Source: Octopus bimaculoides (taxonomy: Eukaryota). From it: a DNA stretch of 62,961 nt. Of this stretch, positions 13,626-23,297 are shown piece after piece. A program made the position numbers and the translations under genes. Numbering within the stretch: position 1 is the stretch's first letter; each line of letters begins with the position of its first letter. Below the pieces are notes generated by a model. That model ran no database searches. It worked only from the letters and a program-made list of their open reading frames with translations, and was not told the origin of the DNA. The stretch covers positions 91,947,401-92,010,361 of the forward strand of contig NC_068987.1 in assembly GCF_001194135.2 (NCBI RefSeq). The letters are read 5' to 3'.

Positions 13626-13659
13626 CAAATAAGAAAAGCATGTAATTGTTATTTGTCTT

Positions 13660-13860
13660 GTGGTCGTGGTTGTTTAGCCCTAAAGAAAGTTTGATTGAGC
13701 AAATTTGTGATTAAAAACCTTTCCGCTATGACCATCCCGACTTTTTTTATAGTTCTACGAAACTTAAGTCTGCATTACTTATTGATTTTGTTTATCTAAG
13801 ATCGGAAATATTATTTAGTGGCGATTTTGTCTGGTATCTTCTGTTGATGAAGCAAAGAAA
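13660..13860 (+). mobile_element. Old dispersed repeat (family E) fragment
   Basis: GTTGTTTAGCCC..TGATTAAAAACCTTTCCGCTATGACCATCCCG; similar inverted fragments at about 35440-35535 and 47570-47810. Confidence 0.4.
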
Positions 13861-14199
13861 TAGCAGTCATTTCTGCCCCAAATCCTACAATGACATGTTT
13901 AAAAATGATGTCTACTTTGCTAGTGATGACCTGGTTCGTTGTAGCTTAGAAAAATAAATATGGCCAGAATAGTTTTGATCGCAAAGCTTCTAGACTGGAA
14001 TTTACCTACAGTTAATTTCCAAAATTTACTCCAACAAACAAAGACACTTTGATATATGAGCCAAGTCGATGTACATAAATTACCAGCTATAGCAACCTCG
14101 AATTACACTTTATCGACTTACAGAAGAAGGAAAACACTGTAAAGCTGTCCTGTATTTGAAAAAAGTATGACAAAATTGTCTATTCTAGAATAGCTGTCA

Positions 14200-15330
14200 T
14201 CATATGGTTACTCAATTATGACTGATATAATTATGACATCATTAACAATTTCAACAACAATGCTGAATCACAAGCAGTAACAAGACATATCTACACAAAT
14301 CTATGACGTAATTTCTTTGTAATCGACGGTCTTAAAACAGAGGTAAAAATATTCCCCCAAATTACACTCTAAATGCACACAAAGATTACACAATACAGCT
14401 TGCAATGGATGCTTTCCTGAGTTACAAAACTCTTCAGCTTTCTCACTTCCAAAGCAGCAACCAATTCATTTGGTTCCTTGCCAAAAAACGTCTTTACAAA
14501 CATTGCAAAATTATACTTATCTTTAAATAACGATAACTCTGCAAGTACTACGCCTTTTATAGAGACAGTTGCCCCATTTGCTGCCTGTTTCCAGCCAATG
14601 CACCCTTTGTCAAACTACTTCATATACTCCCTTAGGCTCACCATCAAACTTACATACATACCAAGCGGAGGTATAATTCCAGTTGCTTTGAGCAAGGCCA
14701 TCGGCCCTGACATTGACTCTTGGATTACCCTTTAATCAATGCATTGTAGAACTTGCTTCCACACGCTAAACTCCTTCATTTCTCACCAGCTTACAGTAAC
14801 ATACCTTCACGATTGGAAAGAATGCAACAGCGTAACCTATTCTATAGAAGAACCACGACCACTCAACTCATCTTACCTCTCGACCGATTGTGCTAATCTC
14901 TAACATATAAATGATATTGTCTATTATCAAAGATCTTTATTACCTTCAATCTCTCTCTTTTTCTTTCTTACACTTCCCTCTCTTTCTCTTTCTCTATCTT
15001 CTCACTGCCCCCCCCCCCCAGTGGCTTCCCTCTCTTCTCACTGACCCCACTGGCTTCTGCAATGCCAAACCCATTGGATATTTACTCTCTCGAGATGATC
15101 ACCAGTTGGCACACTCTTTAGAAACGCTTGACGAATGTCGACATTAGCTGAAGTTTCGATCGAATCTGGCTAATCTTGAAACAAAATGTCCCATCTACTG
15201 GTTCCAGCCATCTTCCATCTCGCTGACACTCAGCTTTCTATCTCATGATAGCATCGTGATACGCGTTGAGTGTCATCCCACTGCTACACTCTCATCCAAC
15301 TATGATGTTTCCAGCTTTTTGTTCAGACTC
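14200..15330 (+). mobile_element. Highly decayed CR1/L2-group LINE reverse transcriptase fragment, interrupted by a CT-rich microsatellite (14950-15035)
   Basis: Frame-hopping translation gives LAKNVFTN, SKAIGPD (cf. KASGPDG), RPIVLISNI (cf. YRPISL), LLTDP.GFCNAK.IGYLL (cf. LLSD.QYGFR..RST), LSFLSHDSI.IRVE. Confidence 0.65.
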
Positions 15331-16273
15331 TCAGACCTTTATTTGTTATAACAGTGACTGAATTGCCACTACATTTAACAAAAACCCACTAATATGTAAA
15401 GGAAGAAAATTTGTCTTCGGGACTCACCACGTTTAGTTTACTGCCATATTATTTTATTATGTTTACAAACATCCTCGACATTTCAGTACCCCGTGTATCT
15501 TAAGCCTCGTGAAATTTCGATGGTCATCTCGCAAGCACAGTAATCCCATAAATGCATGGAATTTCAGTGTTCATTGTTCTTTACGTTGACACCGTGAATT
15601 CTTCTTCTGAAGAAGCGCAAAGTTGCTGCAAAAATAATTATGCATACAAAGACTTGTGCTAGTTACTCTTCCTTTTTACAGGGCACAGAAAAACCCTGCC
15701 AATTTTCGTGAAACATAAGTACCTCAATTCATTCCGATTGCATTTCGGGAAAAATTCTTGAGTCAAATAAGAACATTTCCATGAGAAAAAGTCCCGAAAA
15801 GCTTCAGACCATAACAGATACTTGTACAAGTTCAGAATCCTCGTCTGACCACGTTGATGGACTGTTGTGTGAAAAGTTGTGTTATTGTAGACGGTGTTAT
15901 TTTATTATGAGATTCTTTAAATAAAAAAAAAAAATTGTATTAGAAATACGAGATAAATATGTATACATTCTTATATAACTTAAACATTCTATTTCTAATA
16001 CATTTCGATTTTCGCGTGATGTTTGCGCTAGAGTTTTGTTCATTGTGGCGGGGCGGATCTGGTCGACATTTTGTATTGAATTCTGGCTGGCGATGATGTC
16101 TCATTTCAAAGATCTTTTTTCCCTATGAATACGAATTAAAAATATAAATAAAAATAAATATCATGATAAATAAATAAGAAATACTGTCGCGAAATCCACC
16201 AAAGCATAGTGTAAATAGTCTATAACGATAATATTGGTAAGAATAATGATATAATAATAATAATAATAATAAT

Positions 16274-16502
16274 AAAAATATTCAGACAAATACATAACAA
16301 AAATACCAGGACTTACAAATATATATAACATACAGAACATTGCACTACTGGGTACTGCACACATTCTACGCAAAACACTTTCAATACAGTAAACATAAGA
16401 GCACCACAGCAAACCACAGCACATACCCAAGGCGCACAGAGCTGCGCTCGGTAGTGAAGTGAAAGCACGTTATAAAAATAAAACTACTGAACAATAATAA
16501 TA

Positions 16503-16503
<1 letters not shown>
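16274..16503 (+). mobile_element. 5'-truncated R4-clade (Dong-like) non-LTR retrotransposon 3' end, flanked on both sides by (TAA)n
   Basis: Translation YITKIPGLTNIYNIQ.IALLGTAHILRKTLSIQ* is the typical R4-clade C-terminus; (TAA)n at 16244-16273 and from about 16493. Confidence 0.75.
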
Positions 16504-16585
<82 letters not shown>

Positions 16586-16612
16586 AATAATAATGATAAT
16601 AATAATAATAAT
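16504..16612. repeat. (GAT)n/(AAT)n microsatellite
   Basis: Direct tandem. Confidence 0.95.
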
Positions 16613-16700
16613 AATATCGAAAAATACCTTAGCAAGGATGGATGGTATATCAGCCGAAACGTTGTGTTAACAACAAACAAAGTATATAATGTAAATAAGG
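16605..16700 (+). mobile_element. Internally deleted fragment of SINE family D (3' half of HHR motif retained)
   Basis: AAAATACCTTAG and CAGCCGAAACGTTGTGTTAACAACAAACAA match the 44225-44620 copies. Confidence 0.65.
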
Positions 16701-16702
16701 AA

Positions 16703-16990
16703 ACCAAGATCATAGATGTATCCCTACTTGGAGATGTAGAAGTGCATGCCAAAAACCTGGAAAAGATTGAGAAACATCACGACGAAATTGCATGAATGTG
16801 TAAGAAAATATCTTCCATCTCTGTAGTTGCAGTGTCGCTAGGATCACTAACCTTAGGTTCCCGAAATATGTCGGAGAATTTGGAATCGACTTGAATGTAG
16901 AAAATGCTCAGAAAATTGCTTAATTATGGAGAGCGAGGATTTTGAAATTGAAATTGGTATTTTAGTGTGAAGTGTAGTGTAAAGAGACCC
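16703..16990 (+). mobile_element. Decayed R4-clade RLE-domain fragment
   Basis: KIIDVSLLGDVEVHAKNLEKIEKHHD (cf. IIDVAIP.D....KE.EKI.KY.DL) and GIDLNVENAQKIA..ARIL. Confidence 0.6.
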
Positions 16991-17668
16991 TCTGAGACCT
17001 GTGACAAAAGATCGAGCTTAAAGATTACTTTTATAGAGTTCACCTCAACTAGAATTTGCTGTGTAATAGGGTCCCTGTGTAACAGGGCCCCTGTAGTGCA
17101 GGACATGCTTTCCGACACGTGGTGATAATGTATTCTGCACTATCTAAATTCAGCAAAGCGAATCAAGCAGAGTAGAGAACCAAAATTTAGAAACTAAACG
17201 GTGTAGTTAGTGTAGCGAAATACGAACCGGAGAATTAGTTATTCACAAACTTGGCGATGTCATTTGGAGCTTATATTCTCTATTTGTTAGTTCAACATGG
17301 CCAGCTGCTACGCTTAATTGAGACGCACAGACAGCCATAAAACAGAAGGGTGATAAATGGAAGAAACAAAACATTGGAGTTAATCACTCTTAAACATATT
17401 GATATTATAACTCAATGATCTATAAAAAAACAGTGATAGATATATCTCATTTGTTCTTGCATCGTCAACAAACAGAGGTCTTCTCACTTTGCTTCCGTTC
17501 TTATACATACATAGATACATACATACATACATACATACATACACACATACATACATGTATATATGTGTGTATATACATAGATACACACATCATACATACC
17601 TAGATACATATATATACACATACATACATAGATAGATAGATAGATAGATACATACATANNNNNNNNNN

Positions 17669-17713
<45 letters not shown>

Positions 17714-17719
17714 CAGAGA

Positions 17720-17920
17720 TGTACTTGTATTGCGAGTGGCTTGATCAGAGATCGTGTGCGAAAAGAAAAGCAATTGTAGCGTGGAAGATCTTTGTAAGCC
17801 ATTCAAGAACACGCAAAACCGTTAGTTTCACTTCAACACTTAAAATTCATTTGTGTCAAAATATATTCGCCGCTTTGAAACTGCGACCTGTTCACTGGCA
17901 AAATTTGTGCTGCACGTGAT
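17720..17920 (-). mobile_element. Short non-coding repeat next to (TA)n with HHR-topology motif (G3-C8 core variant)
   Basis: Minus strand 17851-17903: TTTTGCCA-GTGAACA-G-GTCGC(AGTTTCAAA)GCGGC-GAA-TATATT-T-TGACACAA. Confidence 0.5.
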
Positions 17921-18386
17921 TCAAATAAAAAGCCTCTTGTTGAATGTTGTCTATATTGTATAAACTCCAAATAACTACAAGTTTGGTATATTATTCTTCT
18001 AGGACACCTAAACCGGAAATGAATTGCAACCTAAAAGCGATTTCGGTTTCCACTTCAATCTCGGAGGCTCCCATTGAACTATATTTCCCAAATCAGATGT
18101 GTAGTCAGTATAGTTCCCATGTGTGTTTATGGCCATCAATAATTGACCTATCTTTATGTCGGACATTTTGTTGCAGATTAATGGCGTTTTAGGCACTGGA
18201 CGTTTCTATGTTTTAGTAATGTCATATGTCAGGAATTTAGAGTTTTGAGTGATATTTAATAAGTACACATTATTTATTTCGTCTCCAGTAAGAGAGTAGC
18301 TGGATTGTATTTTTACGTGTTATTTTCCAGAGTATTTTGGAAAGAAGTGCTGACATATCGGAATGATCTCAATATTTTCAGAGAGT

Positions 18387-18598
18387 AAGGCAGCGAGCAG
18401 ACAGAATCGTTAAAACGCTCGATCAGATTCTTACTAGCATTTCGCTTGACTTTATGTTCCGAATTCAAATTCCGCTGAGGTTGAATTTGTCCTTTATGCT
18501 TTCGGGGGTTCATGAAATTAGTACCACCTGATCACTGGAGTCGACGTTGTCGACTTACCACCGCCTCCGAAATCGCTGGCCTTGTGTCAAAATTTGAA
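18387..18598 (+). mobile_element. tRNA-derived SINE, family A
   Basis: AAGGCAGCGAGCAGACAGAATCGTTAA..AATTCAAATTCCGCTGAGG..GGCCTTGTGTCAAAATTTGAAA; matches 51389 and 51865 copies. Confidence 0.8.
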
Positions 18599-18849
18599 AG
18601 CTGAGACGTCATGCATGAAACGCAGAAGACATATCTTAATTCTTCCAGTTAAAATATTTAATCATTGAGAAAGTCCTCTAATTAGAAATTACTGGGGAAT
18701 ATGGCTAAAATATTTCTGAGCTGAATAAAGGAAACGGCGGTGGGGTTAGTGCTTACAGATAAAGACATCTTACGTCTTGGTGTTTCCATCAGAGAAGTCT
18801 TCATTCTCAGGTATTTCACAATTCTTCAGGAGAGAGAATGATGAAAAAT

Positions 18850-18950
18850 AATGTCTCGAAACCTTAAAATAAAAATGAAAATACAGCTGGGGATGAGGTA
18901 TTGAATGTAGAGTCAAGTCATCATACAATGAGAAAAGGATGTGCACAGTT
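18850..18950 (+). repeat. Dispersed repeat, second copy at 21058-21165
   Basis: TCGAAACC.TAAAATAAAAA..CAGCTGGGG.TGAGGTATTG.ATGTA..CATACAATGAGAAAA..GTGCACAGT shared by both copies. Confidence 0.75.
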
Positions 18951-20424
18951 TAGACGAAATCGAAAAGATAACCACGTTTATTGAGGCAGTGAATATACCA
19001 CACCATTAATTGAAAGGGAAGATATGTTAGAAAGTTTAAAGTCTTCTGGAACTGCTTAAAGTACTCTTGAACGGGAAACGTATAAACCTGACCAAGCACA
19101 CCTTTATACATCGAATTGAAATAGTTATTCAAATAGATTGATCTACGTCTAATTAGAAATCACTCGGGGCTATGACACGTACCACACGCAGATGCGCAGG
19201 CCACACGCATACACATAACTTTTTGTGTGTCTCGCTCCTATACGTTCCGTCTCCTTCCTTTCTCTGTCTGTCTATCTGTCTGTCTCTCTCTCATTAACAC
19301 GTTCTATATACCTATCGGTAAGTTTACTTTTATCTTCTTACGGAAGCTGATGAAGATTTTTTTTTCTGATTTTCGTTTACATTGCTTTTTCTGAGAGTCG
19401 TATTTTCATTTTCTTTATTTGACGTGAAGAAGTGTTTGTTTTCTTTTAATTAGCATTGTATTTCCTAATAAAATTATATATTGTTGTAGACAATATATGT
19501 TAAATAAATAAATACGTGAACGAATGAATAAATGAGTAAGTAACTAAGGCAGCTGTATCACCTCCTGAAGCATGAATATTGACACTACTTTTGACTTCTA
19601 CCTCTTTCAGTATACGTGTCACCAAACGTTCTCCGAAATATTTATTCTTAGCTTAATTTTACAATACTTGCCTCCTGGATCTAATTATTAATGTATAATT
19701 CTGAACTTTGAACATTTAACGTGCGTAATTTTCACGGAAAAAGATATGTAATTTAATTTTTCTTTAATTTTGTTTGTAGATTCCAGAAGATTTAAAAACT
19801 TTTGTAAAATTGGGGTATATAAAACTGATAAACACATCTATTCTGGCCCCTCTGCTGACGGAAGAATGGTGAATATATGCAAATTTATGCATCGAGATTT
19901 GCAAGAAATCTGTATCCTTGTCCCAGGAAAAATATAAAAATGTATTTCATGTTTACTTTGATATGTGTACCTTCGAAAACTTTCCGAATGCCATTCCGTT
20001 TAATCTGTGATTTATTTATTCATATATTGCCCATGCAAAATTTTAATATTCAAATTTATTGGAACTTTGGTTACACTTTTTACAGGGAAATATGGTCGTT
20101 ATAACTCTAGGATATTACTTTTCCTTATATATAATTCATTCTGCGTGTTGCATATTCTAGCGTATAAATTTAACGCATATACACAGATGGTCTAAGAGAT
20201 TTTGTGGACTTTCTACCCATCCAAAGAGATTCAGATGGACCTAAAAATTAAAGAAACTATATTGGTATAAGCATGTGTTCATGGACTGTTGTTTGGTTTA
20301 ATACACGGTAGTAACAGGTTTAGACATAAGGGTAACAACGACTGTATATGAACAAACAATCCTCCCACAAGGGACACATTTTAATCTACTGCTGAATATC
20401 ATTTCTGCACATCTAAAGATATGT

Positions 20425-21050
20425 ATATACATGTATGTATGTATGATTGTATGTATGTATGTATGTATGTATGCACGTATGCATGCATGTATGTATGTAT
20501 GTATGTATGTATGTATGTATGTATGTATGTATGTATGTATGTGCAGATTTGTATGTTATATGTATGTATTCTCATGCATATAGCTGCATAGTTAGACATG
20601 CTCATTTATNNNNNNNNNNTCATGCATATAGCTGCATAGCTAGACATGCTCATTTATATTTAAATGATAAACTTCTGGAAAGTTTTACAGGTTTTTACAG
20701 TTCCAGTGATAGACTGGATCTGTAGTCTTCGAATTAGCTTTCTCCTTTCTGGTTCTGAGAAGCCTAATTTCTGAAGGTTGGTATTGAGGCAGTGTGTTAC
20801 GTATTCTAGGATCCCAATAATTACAGGTATAAATCTGGATAGAGTAACTGCAGATTTGTCAATAGTGCAACATTGGCGTTCTCTTCTTCAATGATCTTCA
20901 GCTTTATGTTTTAATATCTGCTGGGCAGCTAATTTCCACAACTGTTCACAGTTTCTCTTCTATTTCCCGAATCATTATATCAGGTCTGTTGTGCTTACAT
21001 TTTATTGAGGTCTTCACTGGTACAGTCCACCAGTATTTCTTTTAATTATG
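20425..21050 (-). mobile_element. 5'-truncated R4-clade non-LTR retrotransposon (RLE domain, 3' UTR and (ATAC)n tail)
   Basis: Minus translation WWTVPVKTSIKCKHNRPDIMI..TVVEISCPAD..NLQLLYPD..IPVIIGILEYVTHCLNTNLQKLGFSEPERRKLIRRLQIQSITGTVKTCKTFQKFII*; 3' UTR ends CAAATCTGCAC(ATAC)n. Confidence 0.85.
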
Positions 21051-21057
21051 AGTGGCT

Positions 21058-21165
21058 ATGGTTCGAAACCTAAAAATAAAAAAAAAATAAAAAAAAAAAC
21101 AGCTGGGGTTGAGGTATTGGATGTATAGTGAGGGGGGCATACAATGAGAAAATAAATGTGCACAG
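21058..21165 (+). repeat. Dispersed repeat, paralog of 18850-18950
   Basis: Direct similarity to 18850-18950. Confidence 0.75.
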
Positions 21166-21469
21166 TGTGCGTCCTTATTTTTTTGGTTCTCGGGATTATC
21201 AGTCCGACGGATTTCGTTATAGTGTCCTAGCTACATCATATGTCATCGGTAGATAATACTGTGATGACATTTTCGGGCGGGCAAATACTTATGATGTGGG
21301 TGATATCTTCAGTGTGAACTCTACAAGTAACAGGCAGTAACAAACAGTAATTAGCAGAGTGTGTCCAAAGTGCTACTACCGCCATACTCCTCAATTTTTT
21401 AATAGAAATCAGTTGGCAGGTCAGCTTATTCAATGTATAGTCATGATATACAGCAAGTACAACAATCTA

Positions 21470-21530
21470 GAAAAGTTATAGTGCTCCTCCTAAAAAAAAA
21501 TGTCTTAAAACTTCTGGAACGCACCCTGTA
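21470..21530 (+). mobile_element. Possible Tc1/mariner right terminal inverted repeat remnant
   Basis: AAAACTTCTGGAACGCACCCTGTA; reverse complement begins TA-CAGGGTG, a common Tc1/mariner TIR start; no partner TIR found. Confidence 0.35.
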
Positions 21531-21611
21531 TTTTCATGTGTATGCATATTTATATAATTGGAGACAGTGTAAGATAAATCTAACATAAAGTCTGTAAAAC
21601 TAGAAAGAAAA

Positions 21612-21651
<40 letters not shown>

Positions 21652-21821
21652 CACATATACGTATATATGAAAGACGAATATTATAAAATAATGTTCAATT
21701 TGATGTTTTTTTTTCTTTTCATGTAAATTGTGCAAGTATGATTTGCTCGCGTAAGGTTGATATGCAATAATATTTCATTATCTCCCATGTATGAAATTTT
21801 ATATGTGTGTGTATGTTTGTC

Positions 21822-21855
<34 letters not shown>

Positions 21856-23239
21856 TGTGTATGCGTGCGTGTGTGCACTCATTTGTTTGTCTTTTGGGTG
21901 AAATAAGCAACAATTTTTATTACTTTAGCCTTTCTTATATTTCGTGTACTTTTCCTTGCATATTGTTAATAAGAATTAAAATTTTCTAATTTTATTTTTC
22001 ACTCTCAACCGGAAATATCTTTTCCTGAATAAAACTTCCTTTGTTGTTGCAGTATTAAGTGTTAGACAGATGCAAACACCCACAGCACAGACACAGACAC
22101 ACACACGCACGCACACACACCCTATTAACTTACACTTGTATTATCGCCCATTTTTTTTTTAGTTGCGTAATCGAATTTCCTTCTTTTTCAAATTCAAATA
22201 TGAAAGCAATCCTGTTGTATCCATTCCACAAATGAGAAGAACTCTGAGCATGGTTTTCCGCTTCTGATACATTCACACACTGATGCTACTCGCGCGCGCA
22301 CGCACACACACACACACTCATAAACACAACACATACACACATAGATACNNNNNNNNNNNNNNNNNNNNNNNNNNNNNNNNNNNNNNNNNNNNNNNNNNNN
22401 NNNNNNNNNNNNNNNNNNNNNNNNNNNNNNNNNNNNNNNNNNNNNNNNNNNNNNNNNNNNNNNNNNNNNNNNNNNNNNNNNNNNNNNNNNNNNNNNNNNN
22501 NNNNNNNNNNNNNNNNNNNNNNNNNNNNNNNNNNNNNNNNNNNNNNNNNNNNNNNNNNNNNNNNNNNNNNNNNNNNNNNNNNNNNNNNNNNNNNNNNNNN
22601 NNNNNNNNNNNNNNNNNNNNNNNNNNNNNNNNNNNNNNNNNNNNNNNNNNNNNNNNNNNNNNNNNNNNNNNNNNNNNNNNNNNNNNNNNNNNNNNNNNNN
22701 NNNNNNNNNNNNNNNNNNNNNNNNNNNNNNNNNNNNNNNNNNNNNNNNNNNNNNNNNNNNNNNNNNNNNNNNNNNNNNNNNNNNNNNNNNNNNNNNNNNN
22801 NNNNNNNNNNNNNNNNNNNNNNNNNNNNNNNNNNNNNNNNNNNNNNNNNNNNNNNNNNNNNNNNNNNNNNNNNNNNNNNNNNNNNNNNNNNNNNNNNNNN
22901 NNNNNNNNNNNNNNNNNNNNNNNNNNNNNNNNNNNNNNNNNNNNNNNNNNNNNNNNNNNNNNNNNNNNNNNNNNNNNNNNNNNNNNNNNNNNNNNNNNNN
23001 NNNNNNNNNNTCTCTTTTAGTATATTTATTTATTTTAAATTACTATCAATTATCCCCTATATGTAGACTATTTTTGTTGCCCCTAGATATTAAGAATAAA
23101 ACATATAGACCATACCACAACCCCCTAACGAACCTACAGTATATAAATAAATCAAGTAATATAAATCAAGAAATATAGCAGCATACCAAAAACGTGAGCG
23201 GGCAAGACATTTAAAATCACCTAAAAAAGCATTATTAAA

Positions 23240-23297
23240 CAGGAACCGGTTTCGGATTTAACAAATTCTTACCATTTGTCTATTCCTCATCAGCCTG
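23240..23297 (-). ncRNA. Type I hammerhead ribozyme motif, intact core
   Basis: Minus strand: CAGG-CTGATGA-GGAATAGACAAAT(GGTAAGA)ATTTGTTAAATCC-GAA-ACCGGT-T-CCTG; stem I 4/4; G10.1-C11.1; palindromic stem III. Confidence 0.8.

Noticed and set aside
17066-17092. Small hairpin AGGGTCCCTGT-GTA-ACAGGGCCCCT
   Set aside because: 11-bp stem with a mismatch, single occurrence, no supporting context.
18836-18870. ATGATGA..TCTCGAAACC upstream of the 18850/21058 repeat
   Set aside because: May be an HHR relic, but no stems can be paired in this copy.
20570-20660. About 38-bp direct repeat on either side of a 10-N gap (similar case at about 12240-12368)
   Set aside because: Typical unmerged contig overlap; the paralogous 3' UTR at 37730-37800 has only one copy.
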